64,000 nt of DNA from Chitinophagales bacterium (GCA_046329515.1 JAXLUM010000001.1:1531247-1595246), one strand, 5' to 3'; numbered from the stretch's first letter, positions 17,501 through 27,675 are shown. Numbers and translations: made by a program. The notes: generated by a model not told the origin, from the letters alone.

Positions 17501-20500
17501 ACAGCTGTACAGCCTCTGCATCGCAAGCAGTTACTGTTAATCCTTTGCCTACGGTTAGTGCATCCAACACAGGGCCTTACTGTATAGGTTATACCATTCA
17601 GTTAAATGCCGGTGGTACCAACATCAATAGTTATAACTGGAGTGGCCCCAACAGCTTTAGCGCTAACATTCAAAATCCATCAAGAACAAATAGCGTTTCA
17701 GGCGACTTTGGAACATATACTATAACCGTTAGCAGCAGCGCAAGTTGTACTGCCACTGCCACTACTACGGTTAACAGCAATGGCACAGCGCCTGTGTTAA
17801 GCTTTAGCGGAAACAGTGGCTTTACTGCTGCGGTGGTTAACCCTGCGCAAGCAGGCCCCGCTGCAACTTTCCGTTTTGAAGTTAAATACACCGATGCCAA
17901 TGGCGATTTGCCACAAACGGGCTATCCGCGTGTATTGCTTGATTACGAAAACGATAACAACTTTACCGGCGCTAACGATCACCTGTATTTTATGCAGGAG
18001 GCCGATGCCAGCGACGTGAACGTAACGGATGGTAAAATATATTACGTTACGGCTACCGGTTTAACCGTTGGTACAAACTACCACACCACCATTCAGGCGA
18101 ATGATAACTCTGCAACGCATTGCACTGCAAGTTTCGGTAGCTTTGATGCGCCTGATGTGTTGGCTGATGCAGACATATCAATCTTTGCGAATGATATAAC
18201 GTTTAGCGTTCAGCATCCTGATACATCTTCAGCTTTACAGGTGTGTGCTGTAGTACATAACAACAGCGATTTTCCGGCATCTAACTTTACGGTACATTTG
18301 CGCAACCAGTATGATACGCTTGCTGTTTATCCCGATGTTACAGTACCATTCCTGGCTGCACATTCACAAACTACGGTTTGCTGGAATATCATTACACCTT
18401 CTACTCCAAGCTGGAACCCGATGCAAGTGTTTATTGATTACAGTAATATAATTAATGAGCCGAACGAGTTGGATAACCAGGCTATCCGTCCGTTTGTAAA
18501 CGGCAATTTCATACTGCCGGGTAAAATTCAAATTACGGCAAATGTTAATCCGCTTAACTCATATGCAGTTGCCAATAACTGGTTAACTGTTTGCGGCCAT
18601 GCGCAATATGTAAACACTGCCGTTCAGCTGCAAAATCCATCTACTGCGGGCGCTACTGTAACTATTACCGTTCCTTCAACAGGAGCAACTTACAGCGGTT
18701 ATACCAATAGCAATGGCGATTACTGTATTTCCTTCCTTGCACCGGTAACACCGGGCTTGTACAATGTGCAGGCACATATTACCGATTATACTTTGGACGG
18801 AGATACAACAGCGCCTTTTGTGTTATTAACGCCACCATGTGTGCCTGACTTAACTATCAATAACCTGAATGTTAGCTCTACCACCATTTTGGAAGGCCAG
18901 AGCATTACGGCTAACTATACCGTTAGCAATGTAGGTTGTGGTAACGTATTGGTTTCTACAGTGGCAAACTGGAGTACTAATGGTGGAACGCCTTCGGGTT
19001 CATCAACTGCTATTTCGCCGTTAAACAGCGGCCAATCGCAGTTTGTAAACATGGGCACCATCAACTTCCCTACGCAGGGTAGTTATAATATCTGTGCTTC
19101 AGCTGATGTAAACAATCAGGTTGTTGAGTCCAATGAGAATAATACGCAGTGTGTTACTATACATGTATTACCGGCCTGGATAAACCTGGTGCCTTCAGTA
19201 TATAGTTTCAGCATTCAGAGTCCGTGTAGCAGTTCTTCATTCTATTATCGTGTTTACAATACAGGCGGGATTACTGCGCCTGCAGGCTCGCAGGTTCGTT
19301 TAGAGATTTATAATCCGTCAAACGTGTTGGAAGCCACACTTACGCAAACTATTGGAAGCGTGAGTCCGCAGGGTTATGTAGATGTAACAATGAACCACCA
19401 GTTTTTGCAAACGGGTAACTACAACCTGCATTTTTATGTTGATTACACCAACGCAATTGCTGAACACGACGAAGGGGATAACGATATTGTGAACGGAGCA
19501 GGTATTCCTTCATGCCCTGTTTACCAGCCTGACTTAGTTGTGGCGGGCTGTGGAGCATTCCAGGTTAGCCCTGTTAACCCTTTAAGCAGCGGTACAATTG
19601 ACGTTAGCGCTACTATTGTAAACAATGGCAGCCTTGCAACTTCAGCTCCTTTTGTGGTTGATTTCTTTGTAGGCGGTGTTCATTACACAAGCACTTATAC
19701 AGGAACCCTGGCATCTGGCGCTTCAGCAATTGTTACCAAAACAGTTCCTACACCTTCACCTTCGGGTAATTTAGTTGTTACTGCCGATAACACCAACACT
19801 GTTGTTGAAAGCAACGAAGGCAATAACAATAACAGCACAAGCCTGTGCCATGAGTTTTCGTTAGGTGCTGATTGTTACGGCCAAGGCTTTTGGTCATACA
19901 ATCATGTTATTGGTGTGCCATTCAAATTTGGAGTAAGCCTGTATAACAATGGAGATTACAAAGCTTCGGATGTTACCGTGAAATACGAGGTGTCCGGTCC
20001 GGGCTTACCTGCCGGTTTCAATTACTGGGGAGATGGACATACTACCAATGTAGGCCGTACCTGTTCATGTCCTTACGGTAACTCTTTGAATAATCTATTT
20101 GCGCCGCCTTCGGTAGGCACTTACACTGTGCGTATGACGGTTGACCCGAATAATGATTATACAGAGTGCAATGAAAGCAACAATGTATTTATAGTAACCT
20201 TTGTAGTTACCAATTTGCCGGACTACAGGGTGTTAAGCCAATACATTGCGCCTTCGTTACTAAACCCTGAACCAAATCAGCCAATAACAGTTGATGTTAC
20301 TTACGAGAACGTAGGATTAAGCAATGTTGTTGACTCATTAAACGTTAGGTTGATTGCTGATAACAGCGTAGTAGCTACTGTACGTGCGCCTGGCCTGGTT
20401 AACGGCGGTTACAATACAGTGCATGTTCCTTCAAGCTGGAGTTCTTCTATTGTAGGGGTGCATATACTGCGCGCTATTGTTGATGCATCTTCAGAAATTA

Positions 20501-23500
20501 CGGAAAGCAATGAAAGTAATAACGAAGCCACACGTGCAATAATAGTAGGACAGAACCCTAACCTGCATTTTACGCAGATTCAACCGAGCGACAGCACGCC
20601 AACACTTGGGCAAAACATAAGCTTTACGGTTACTGTTGCTAATGATGGTGATACCACAGGCGTTACAGACTTAAGCTTTGCTTATGTAGATAACAACGGC
20701 GACACTATTCAGATTTATAGCCTTAATGGTTATAACGTACCGCACAACGGAAGCAGCACCTTTACCTTTAACTGGACGGTGCTTGACCCGAATACGTACA
20801 TCTTTGGTTATATCAAAAACACCAACCCTATTGAATACCTGTATGATGATAACTATGCATACGTTGAATTGGGTGCCTTGAAGTTTAACTTTACCGTTAC
20901 ACCTGAAAGCTGTATTGGTGATAGCAATGGCGTATTAACCTTACATGTTACGGATGGCTTGCCTCCTTACATTTATGTTTGGAGCAACGGCGGTTCTGAT
21001 TCAACCATTACGGGGACCACTGGCAATTACAGTGTTACCGTTTACGATAACGCAGGTAATACGGGTATAGCTGCTGCAACAATAGGTTCAATACCTGATA
21101 ATACTGCGCCGCTAATCTTTAATGTGCCTTCTAACATTAACTATGTTGCAAGCAATGGGGTTTGTCCGGCAATTATTACCTGGACTGCACCATCTGCCAG
21201 CGATAACTGTTCGGTTGATACTCTTTATAGCAACCACCATAGCGGTGATGCCTTTGCACCGGGAACGACAACCGTTACTTACACTGCTAAAGATAAGGCA
21301 GGCAATACGCAAACCGCTTCCTTCACTGTAACTGTTGTTGGTTCGCCATTGGCTTTTGCGGGTAATGATAAAGTGAGCTGCCTGACCGATACTTTAGAAG
21401 CACAAACAGCCCAATTTGGTACGGGCACATGGAGTGTATTACAAGGAGGAGCAACATTTGCTAATGCTAATAATGCGCATACCTCGTTTACATCAACTGC
21501 ACAGGGCGTAAATAAGTTTGTGTGGACTATTACTAACGGTACTTGCCCAACAGTGCGCGATACTGTTAGCATTACCAATAATGCCACGCTGTATTTTGCC
21601 GATGCAGATAATGATTCGTACGGTGATGCCTTGCATGATACATTGCTTTGCGCTCCACAGGCAGGTTATGTTTTAAACAATACAGACTGTAATGATAATA
21701 ATGCATCCATTCACCCGGGTGCTGCGGAAATTTGCGGTAACGGTATTGATGAAGATTGTAACGGCGCTGATGTAGCTTGCGGTGTTAACACGTGGACCGG
21801 AGCTATAAACAACGATTGGAGTTTGGCAGGTAACTGGAGTATTGGTGTGCCGGTAGGTTGCCAGGATGTGGTAATTCCGAATACGGCAAATGACCCTGTT
21901 GTAACAGCCCCTGTAACGGCCGGAAACGTTCAACTGAGTGCAGGCGCTTCAATTACTTTAGATGCCAATCTAACTGTATGCGGTAATTGGGTAGGTGGAA
22001 TTGGTGTTCCATCTCAGGTTATAGGTAATGCAGAATTGGTATTGAACGGCACATCTCTTCAAACACTTAGCGGCAGAACGGAGTTCAATAGCATTCGTTT
22101 GAACAATGCGGCTGGTGCTGCATTACAGGCAGGCAGTGTGTTTGATGTGTTTACTGAACTTGATTTACAAAACGGAATCTTTACTACCAGCGGTGCAACA
22201 CTTCGTTTCCGCAGCACCAGTTCAACGCAGATTGCTATAATAGATAACTTCAGCAGTGGTTATACGGGAACAATAGTTGGGCCTGTGAGTGCACAGCGTT
22301 ACTATGACGCAGCAGCCTACCAGGATGCGCATTACTTCGGTAGCCCTGTAGCAGGAACTATAGCAGGTAACTTAGGTTCTGCCAATAGCAGCGGTGGCTT
22401 TGTAACCGCTACAGCTAACTGCGATGAAACCACGCTTGGTTCAGGCTCGCTTTACGGTAACGTGTATAGCTACGACGAAAGCAATGGCGCAAGCTGTAAT
22501 GTTGGCGGTTGGAAGGTTGAGGCAGCATCAAGCCCGCTTTCGGCAGGTAAAGGTTATAGCGTTCGCAAGGTAGGTGCAGGAACACTTACGCTAAGTGGTG
22601 CGCCTAACCTGGCATCTTCTTATACCCAAAATGGTACAAACGGTGGCTGGGCTAATGTTAGCTTGCAGGGCAGGCCAACCTTAGCAGGTTGGACCATGGT
22701 AAGTAACCCTTATTTGGCAACGCTTGACCTAAGCACTGCAGCTGTACCTGCAGGTTACGATGCTCAATACGCTGTTTGGAACGCTACCGGCCCGTTTGCA
22801 GGAACCTATACCAGCGAAACGGTAATAGCACCGTTCCAGGCTTTCTTTGTAAGAAGAAGCAGTGCAGGCGGCCCAATGCCGTTTACAATTAATGCTTCTA
22901 ACCGAACCAAGAATCCGCAGCAGTTCCAGGCATTAAACAACAGCGAAACTGTAACACTGTATGTAACCAACACAGCAAACGGCTTAAAGGATAAAACAAC
23001 TGTAGGCTTTAGCGCAGATGCAACAACGCAATTTGATAGCCAGTTGGACGGCGTAAAACTAAGTGGTGCGTTAAATCGCCATACGCTTTACAGCTACAAC
23101 AACGACCCGCTGCAGTGGTATTCAAAAAACATGAATACATCAATAGCGCAAACCGGTACAGTTAATGTTGGCTTTGAGCCGGGAATAACCGGAACTTACA
23201 ACATGAGCTTTGATGGATTGCAAAGTTTTGATCCTACCAGCTACATTACCTTAGAAGATAAGAAGCTAAATGTCTTCCATGATGTAAGAAGCGGGGACTA
23301 CAGCTTTACAGCAGCAGCAAATGATAATTGGAACCGCTTTGTATTGCACTTTACACCTAAGGCAGAGTTTGCAACAGTTAACTCAAGTTGCAATGCTGAT
23401 GGACAGATAACTGTAACGCAGGCTGGTACCGCCAATTGGAATTACAGCATTACCGATGACCAAAACGTTGTGGTAATGAACGGTGTGCTTAACCAAAGCA

Positions 23501-24114
23501 ACCCTGTAACAGTAAGCGCTGCACCTGGTGTTTATACCGTTACTTTGACTGATAACAATAACTATGTGGTTATTAAAAATATTCAGGTAAATGGCTCTGC
23601 CGGTATTGTTGCAAGTATGAGTAGCAGTGCAACTGTAGCACAGGAAGGAGAGGACATTGTATTTACCTCAACTACCGTAAATGCAGCTACAACAGAATGG
23701 AATTTAGGTGACGGCACAAGCAGCCAATTAGCAAGCATTGTTCACCAATATGCTAATGCGGGCACTTACCCTGTTACGTTAACAGTTACAAACGCTGACG
23801 GATGCAGCAGTTGGCAACAACAAACTATTGAAGTTAATGCTAAACAGGCTACTGATGTGAATGAAGTTGGCCCTGCGCACATTAAAATGTGGAGCAATGC
23901 TAATCGAGTATTTGTTGACTTCAGTAAAATGAAGTTGGTGAACGCTACGGTAACTATATACAATTTGCTGGGACAGGAATTGAGCAGCGAGCAATTCAAT
24001 AAGGCGAGTGTTTATAGCCGATTGGTGGAACAAGTGGATGCAGGTTACATATTGTTGACTGTAAAGACCGAGCAAGGTGTTGTTACTAAAAAGCTATTGA
24101 TAACAAACCAATAA
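14521..24114 (+). CDS. giant T9SS type-A cargo or adhesin-like protein (novel N-terminal repeats, Ig-like/SprB-like repeats, CARDB-like domains, HYR, MopE-like metal-binding motif, PKD, Por_Secre_tail CTD)
   Basis: 3197-aa intact ORF with a signal peptide (LKLLTLVVLALTLLAPYAKAQ). It has about 9 Cys-containing Ig-like repeats (C..G..I.L...GG..YSWSGP). It has CARDB-like PDL[TV]... modules. The HYR-like stretch is ITWTAPSASDNCSVDTL...GTTTVTYTAKDKAGN. The MopE-like stretch is DADNDSYGD...DCNDNNASIHPGAAEICGNGIDEDCNG. The PKD-like stretch is WNLGDGTSS...YANAGTYPVTLTVTNADGC. The terminal VTIYNLLGQELSSEQ...GYILLTVKTEQGVVTKKLLITNQ is a type-A CTD. Confidence 0.9.
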   Translation: MAALDITKVMLCRRRSLKLLTLVVLALTLLAPYAKAQTVLNAAEYFIDTDPGVGNGTPLSFTSGTDSVLFTTNVTVPGATAGGLHYLFVRTRTTGVKWSVSEGRPFFVNTNKNINYAEYFFDTDPGVGNATAWAITPGLDSTTFTGNISVPGNISGGLHYLFIRTRTVTGLWSMSEAKPVYINSGKTIAYAEYFFDTDPGVGNATSLAISSGIDSTTHTGVIPVPLNLSGGIHYLYVRTRTTSGLWSHYEGRPLFINSGKTIDAAEYFFDTDPGIGHGFNLPISSGIDSTSTTGGINIPGTLNAGNHFLYVRTRSSSGLWSLYEGRKFTVKPQIVAAEYFIDIDPGVGNGFALPVTPGVDSVSLTTNLVMNCVDSGNHYLFVRTRNNNGNWSLYEPQPFSVNVPAPQISALGSNTICTGDSVKFTVNTGAGCNYQWFRNNAPISGATGQTLTAFLGGAYKVQMTVSGTNYLSNIINVTVGGSGQPPSISFTPDTTVCSGTSITLTAMPNGAQSYTWSTGATTQAINFTAVSSGYYYVTVTDTTGCNAEANIHINVNALPVADAHVTGLSCQNGNIQLNGAGGVSYSWSGPAYTGNTQNPVLANAALAASGIYTLTVTDANSCQATDTAQLTVHALPVVTASNGGPYCGGQTISLTSGGAATYSWSGASSFNSNIQNPTRSNAIAAYGGNYTVTGTDINGCANTASTTVTVNVVTPLITPNGPTTFCSGGSVDLTASGGSSYVWSNSSTNATITVSASGTYTVTVTSGSCTASTSQSVVVNTNPVATAGHSTPTCQGTVVTLSSTGGTSYSWSGPNGFNSTQQNPLLSNNATTALDGTYNVTVTNTAGCSSTANAVITINPNPLATATNTGPYCSGANLQLNGGGGTGYSWSGPNSFSSILQNPVINNAQTLNAGLYTVTVTNSFGCNNTASTTVTVNTATATITPAGPTTFCAGSNVLLTANAGSSYLWSTGATTQSITASATNSYSVTVTAANSCTASASQAVTVNPLPTVSASNTGPYCIGYTIQLNAGGTNINSYNWSGPNSFSANIQNPSRTNSVSGDFGTYTITVSSSASCTATATTTVNSNGTAPVLSFSGNSGFTAAVVNPAQAGPAATFRFEVKYTDANGDLPQTGYPRVLLDYENDNNFTGANDHLYFMQEADASDVNVTDGKIYYVTATGLTVGTNYHTTIQANDNSATHCTASFGSFDAPDVLADADISIFANDITFSVQHPDTSSALQVCAVVHNNSDFPASNFTVHLRNQYDTLAVYPDVTVPFLAAHSQTTVCWNIITPSTPSWNPMQVFIDYSNIINEPNELDNQAIRPFVNGNFILPGKIQITANVNPLNSYAVANNWLTVCGHAQYVNTAVQLQNPSTAGATVTITVPSTGATYSGYTNSNGDYCISFLAPVTPGLYNVQAHITDYTLDGDTTAPFVLLTPPCVPDLTINNLNVSSTTILEGQSITANYTVSNVGCGNVLVSTVANWSTNGGTPSGSSTAISPLNSGQSQFVNMGTINFPTQGSYNICASADVNNQVVESNENNTQCVTIHVLPAWINLVPSVYSFSIQSPCSSSSFYYRVYNTGGITAPAGSQVRLEIYNPSNVLEATLTQTIGSVSPQGYVDVTMNHQFLQTGNYNLHFYVDYTNAIAEHDEGDNDIVNGAGIPSCPVYQPDLVVAGCGAFQVSPVNPLSSGTIDVSATIVNNGSLATSAPFVVDFFVGGVHYTSTYTGTLASGASAIVTKTVPTPSPSGNLVVTADNTNTVVESNEGNNNNSTSLCHEFSLGADCYGQGFWSYNHVIGVPFKFGVSLYNNGDYKASDVTVKYEVSGPGLPAGFNYWGDGHTTNVGRTCSCPYGNSLNNLFAPPSVGTYTVRMTVDPNNDYTECNESNNVFIVTFVVTNLPDYRVLSQYIAPSLLNPEPNQPITVDVTYENVGLSNVVDSLNVRLIADNSVVATVRAPGLVNGGYNTVHVPSSWSSSIVGVHILRAIVDASSEITESNESNNEATRAIIVGQNPNLHFTQIQPSDSTPTLGQNISFTVTVANDGDTTGVTDLSFAYVDNNGDTIQIYSLNGYNVPHNGSSTFTFNWTVLDPNTYIFGYIKNTNPIEYLYDDNYAYVELGALKFNFTVTPESCIGDSNGVLTLHVTDGLPPYIYVWSNGGSDSTITGTTGNYSVTVYDNAGNTGIAAATIGSIPDNTAPLIFNVPSNINYVASNGVCPAIITWTAPSASDNCSVDTLYSNHHSGDAFAPGTTTVTYTAKDKAGNTQTASFTVTVVGSPLAFAGNDKVSCLTDTLEAQTAQFGTGTWSVLQGGATFANANNAHTSFTSTAQGVNKFVWTITNGTCPTVRDTVSITNNATLYFADADNDSYGDALHDTLLCAPQAGYVLNNTDCNDNNASIHPGAAEICGNGIDEDCNGADVACGVNTWTGAINNDWSLAGNWSIGVPVGCQDVVIPNTANDPVVTAPVTAGNVQLSAGASITLDANLTVCGNWVGGIGVPSQVIGNAELVLNGTSLQTLSGRTEFNSIRLNNAAGAALQAGSVFDVFTELDLQNGIFTTSGATLRFRSTSSTQIAIIDNFSSGYTGTIVGPVSAQRYYDAAAYQDAHYFGSPVAGTIAGNLGSANSSGGFVTATANCDETTLGSGSLYGNVYSYDESNGASCNVGGWKVEAASSPLSAGKGYSVRKVGAGTLTLSGAPNLASSYTQNGTNGGWANVSLQGRPTLAGWTMVSNPYLATLDLSTAAVPAGYDAQYAVWNATGPFAGTYTSETVIAPFQAFFVRRSSAGGPMPFTINASNRTKNPQQFQALNNSETVTLYVTNTANGLKDKTTVGFSADATTQFDSQLDGVKLSGALNRHTLYSYNNDPLQWYSKNMNTSIAQTGTVNVGFEPGITGTYNMSFDGLQSFDPTSYITLEDKKLNVFHDVRSGDYSFTAAANDNWNRFVLHFTPKAEFATVNSSCNADGQITVTQAGTANWNYSITDDQNVVVMNGVLNQSNPVTVSAAPGVYTVTLTDNNNYVVIKNIQVNGSAGIVASMSSSATVAQEGEDIVFTSTTVNAATTEWNLGDGTSSQLASIVHQYANAGTYPVTLTVTNADGCSSWQQQTIEVNAKQATDVNEVGPAHIKMWSNANRVFVDFSKMKLVNATVTIYNLLGQELSSEQFNKASVYSRLVEQVDAGYILLTVKTEQGVVTKKLLITNQ
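14641..15725 (+). repeat. five tandem ~73-75 aa 'AEYF[FI]DTDPG[VI]G[NH]G' repeats
   Basis: Each of the five units contains AEYFxDxDPGxGxG, then a variable stretch, then GG[LI]HYL[FY][VI]RTR...G.WS. I do not recognise the family. Confidence 0.85.
21784..24114 (+). repeat. paralogous C-terminal module, copy A (shared with 44436-46790; distant copy at 49100-50800)
   Basis: It aligns colinearly by eye with the C-terminus of the 1897-aa protein. Shared strings include YDAAAYQDAHYFGSP, SLYGNVYSY.ESNGASCNV.GWKVEAAS, GKGYSVRKVGAGTL, GWTMVSNPYLATLDL, APFQAFFVRR, SFDPTSYITLEDKKLN.FHDVRSGDYSFTA and DNWNRFVLHFTP. Confidence 0.9.
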
Positions 24115-24136
24115 CAGAACTAACCCATTTTCCGAA

Positions 24137-24169
24137 AGGCCCCAAGCGTAAAGCAAGGGGCCTTTTTTG
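24137..24169 (+). terminator. rho-independent terminator
   Basis: aggcccc-(13 nt)-ggggcct followed by tttttt, 23 bp after the stop codon. Confidence 0.75.
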
Positions 24170-24388
24170 TTAGTCAGCCTTACTAAACCCAAATAGATTA
24201 GATTTATTTAATACAGACTGCAGGTTTATCCCTAGAAATACAAGTTTCGCTACCAGCTTGGTTAAAATTTTACTGTTTAATAAATAAATCAAATAGTTTA
24301 GCTCGAATTACCATTGGATGGCTTCCGCAAATATGTATGCGGGCGATGAACGTGTGCGTTTTTGTTGAAGTGTTGATGGTGAAGGCCC

Positions 24389-27300
24389 ATGAAAAACCTT
24401 TCAATCTACTTTCTGTTGTCGATGTTGTGCTATTTGTCCGCTACCGTGACGGGCTACGCACAGGGCACTATCCCTTTTGAGCCCGTTGGAAATTATACCT
24501 GGGTAAAAAACAGGGTTATCAGCAAGCCTGAAAAATTACCATCCACTGTTTATCAGCGCAAAGCCACCGTTCGGAAAGAGTCCCGGGTAAAAAAGCAGTT
24601 GTATCAACGGAAAGCAAAGCTGTTTATAGAGCAGGTACCTGGCACATTCAATATGCCCAAGATGTTGGATGTAAAGTTTACAGGCCAAAAATTAAAACCT
24701 ACGAAAAAGATACCCGCCTCACCGTTTTATTATAAAGACAACGCCTTGTTCGATATGGTTTATTCTGATAAGGCGCATGGGTTTTATACAGATGGTGTGG
24801 AAGCCATAGCCGAGGATAACGAAAAGAATATGTGGATGGCTGCCGCAGATGGCTTGATTCGGTTTGATGGGTATAATTATTATATCTACACTGGGAAGTC
24901 GGGCGTGGTATCTTCTCTCCATCATGTGCTTTATGAGCCTTCTACAGGCATTTGGATTTCTTCCTCTAACGGATTTCAACTTATCAGAAACGATTCGGTT
25001 TTTGATGCAGTTATTAAAGGCGTAGATGTTCACGAGTTAGATGTGTGCAAAGTTAATGTTGACGGAAGGAAGAATATTTGGATAAATACATTCAACAATG
25101 GGGCCTTGCAACTAGACCGCAGTTTGCGAACCGCACAACACTTTGATACAGCCTGCGGATTGTTGGGTAACACCGTGCGCTGTGCAGTGCTTGATAAAAA
25201 TGGCCAATATTGGTTTGCAGGTAGCGGACTTACCACTGTTAAGGGTAAGGCCATATCTCATTGGCAAAGCAGCAAGAAATATTTTAATGATGATGAGTTT
25301 CTTGTGCTGGTGGAAGATGCCGACAGTATGTGGTTGGGCACATTTGACAATGGCGTATACCGGGTTTCGCCTACTGATACGACTCAAATTTCTATCTATC
25401 CGCACTTTGGGGGCAGAGTGTTTGACATGATTAAAAGCGATGGTGTGTTGTGGTTTACGCTATACGGAGGCGGACTGGTTTATAAGATTGGCGACGATTA
25501 CTGCGTGTTTAATGAAACCAACGGGCTAAGTAGCAACCTGGCCTATGCGCTTGTGAAAGATTCATATGGCAATATATGGGTGAGCACTCCTGATGCAGGT
25601 ATGACACGCGTACAACGCGCAGGATTAGTGAGCGACTTTTATGCACCTGAATTTTTAAGGAATGCGGAGGTTATTAAAAAGGATAACATAGGCAACCGCT
25701 GGTATTTTTTGAATGGCGGTGGACTATGGAAGGAAACTAGCGAAGGGTATGAATTTATTACGAATGAAGCTGAAAAGCCTGTACCCTCACTGCGGCATTT
25801 TATGGATGGCGTGGTGAATGCAGATGGCACTGCCTGGCTGGCCAGTTACAGCTATGGTATTGCCTATTACGATAAAAAGCACATCACCTTCTATTACTAT
25901 TCAGACGACCCGGTAATGCGCGTAGTACTTAGCGCTGCTGCCGATAGGTTGAACCGGCCTTGGTTCGGCACCTTAGACTTTGGACTTATATATGTGCAGG
26001 ACAATGTGCTTTACCATCTAACTACTGCTGATGGCCTTGCGTCTAATCATATAATTACAGTAGCTACAGGAAAAGACGGCAGCATTTTGTGCCTAAGTCA
26101 AGAAGGTATGCAAAAAATAAGTAATGATACCCTGTACGACCTGTATGTTGATAATAAGCCCCTTGCGTATATGCCTCAGTCTTTTCATACCACATCAAGT
26201 GGAGATTATATGCTGACATCGGATAAAGGTCTGTTGTTGATGACGGATAGCGGGATTTACAGGCTTGCCTCAAACGATGTTGTAGACCCATTAGCAGTAC
26301 AGTGCATACTGGAAGACAGTAAGGGCGACATGTGGTTTAAATGTGAAAACGGAATTGTAAAGGCGCAATTACAGGGCCTCTCGCTTACAAATGTGTATCC
26401 TTTAAAGTCGCATAACAAGAAGATGTTGACCCGCATGGATGCAGCGGGCTATATTGATGAAGATAATTTGCCGCATTGGTCGTCAGGCATTGGTATGCTC
26501 ACCTTCAAACCTGCGTTTGAATCTGCCGATATTGCCAAACCCTCATTTAAAATAATAGAAGCATCGCTGGATGGTGTTCCGGTCAACTACAATCACATTC
26601 CTGCAATTTTTGCGGAAAACAAACTGAATGTAGCGTTCTCTGTTGTATGTTGGGGGAGCGAAGACGCGATTAAATTACGTTATCTGCTTATAAACACCAC
26701 CAATAAGGACACAGTGGTCAATCAACTTACCGGGAATGGCATTATTGAAGTGTTCCATTTGCCTGAAGGAGAATATCAACTGGTATTAGCTGCGGATCTT
26801 TATCAGGGAGTTTACTATTCCCAGCCTATGATTGTTGTTGTGAAACCTCATTGGTATAGCTCAGCGTGGTTTTATTTCTTATGCATAGGATTGGTTGTTT
26901 TGTTACTTGACAGACTTTACAGATTTAGAACCAAAAGTTTACAAAAAGCAAAGCAATTACTGGAGGATACGGTGGCTATACGCACGGCGGACCTTCAGCA
27001 CTCCCTGGCAGAACGCGAAGTGTTACTGAAAGAAATTCACCATCGCGTAAAAAATAATTTGCAAGTAATTAGTGGTTTGCTTGAACTGCAAACAGAGGAG
27101 ATTACCGATGAAAAAGCCAAGGCTGTGTTCCGAGAGGGGCAGAGTCGTGTTAGTTCGGTGGCTTTAATTCACCACAACTTGTACAGCCGCGAAAATCTTT
27201 CGGGCATCTTTTTTAAATCGTTTGCAAATGATTTAGCCCTGCAGATAGCTGAAGTGTATGGTGATAAGCATCGCGTGCTTAACGTAACATTATCAGGAGA

Positions 27301-27634
27301 AGATGCTAATTTGGACATTGATACGGCTGTGCCGCTGGGCCTTGTGATGAACGAACTGCTGACCAATGCTTATAAATACGCCATACCTAAAGAGGGGCCT
27401 ACCGAGGTAACACTTACGTTGGATGAAATAAAGAAAGGACACTATCAACTGACTTACCGCGATAATGGGCCGGGCATTAAGGGCGAGATAAATTTTGAAA
27501 GTGCCAAAACGTTAGGGTTACGTCTTGTTAAAGGCCTTATGCAACAAATTGGGGGTTCTGTTGCTTACAAATACAATTCGGGTGCTATGTTTACGCTATA
27601 CTTTAAAGACACCGCCACCAGAAACAAGGAGTAA
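24389..27634 (+). CDS. sensor histidine kinase with a periplasmic two-component-regulator beta-propeller/Y_Y_Y region and a HisKA_2-type kinase core
   Basis: 1081-aa ORF with an N-terminal signal/TM. It has a long region of propeller-like blades (..NMWMAAADGLIRFDG.., ..NIWINTFNNGA.., ..MWLGTFDNGVYRV.., ..NIWVSTPDAGM..). The TM segment is WFYFLCIGLVVLLL. The H-box is EIHHRVKNNLQVISGLLELQ. The ATPase boxes are NELLTNAYKYA, YRDNGPGI and GLRLV. Confidence 0.9.
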   Translation: MKNLSIYFLLSMLCYLSATVTGYAQGTIPFEPVGNYTWVKNRVISKPEKLPSTVYQRKATVRKESRVKKQLYQRKAKLFIEQVPGTFNMPKMLDVKFTGQKLKPTKKIPASPFYYKDNALFDMVYSDKAHGFYTDGVEAIAEDNEKNMWMAAADGLIRFDGYNYYIYTGKSGVVSSLHHVLYEPSTGIWISSSNGFQLIRNDSVFDAVIKGVDVHELDVCKVNVDGRKNIWINTFNNGALQLDRSLRTAQHFDTACGLLGNTVRCAVLDKNGQYWFAGSGLTTVKGKAISHWQSSKKYFNDDEFLVLVEDADSMWLGTFDNGVYRVSPTDTTQISIYPHFGGRVFDMIKSDGVLWFTLYGGGLVYKIGDDYCVFNETNGLSSNLAYALVKDSYGNIWVSTPDAGMTRVQRAGLVSDFYAPEFLRNAEVIKKDNIGNRWYFLNGGGLWKETSEGYEFITNEAEKPVPSLRHFMDGVVNADGTAWLASYSYGIAYYDKKHITFYYYSDDPVMRVVLSAAADRLNRPWFGTLDFGLIYVQDNVLYHLTTADGLASNHIITVATGKDGSILCLSQEGMQKISNDTLYDLYVDNKPLAYMPQSFHTTSSGDYMLTSDKGLLLMTDSGIYRLASNDVVDPLAVQCILEDSKGDMWFKCENGIVKAQLQGLSLTNVYPLKSHNKKMLTRMDAAGYIDEDNLPHWSSGIGMLTFKPAFESADIAKPSFKIIEASLDGVPVNYNHIPAIFAENKLNVAFSVVCWGSEDAIKLRYLLINTTNKDTVVNQLTGNGIIEVFHLPEGEYQLVLAADLYQGVYYSQPMIVVVKPHWYSSAWFYFLCIGLVVLLLDRLYRFRTKSLQKAKQLLEDTVAIRTADLQHSLAEREVLLKEIHHRVKNNLQVISGLLELQTEEITDEKAKAVFREGQSRVSSVALIHHNLYSRENLSGIFFKSFANDLALQIAEVYGDKHRVLNVTLSGEDANLDIDTAVPLGLVMNELLTNAYKYAIPKEGPTEVTLTLDEIKKGHYQLTYRDNGPGIKGEINFESAKTLGLRLVKGLMQQIGGSVAYKYNSGAMFTLYFKDTATRNKE

Positions 27635-27675
27635 TGGCTTTGCGCAGTTGAACCATTTAACCCAAAGGAAATGTT

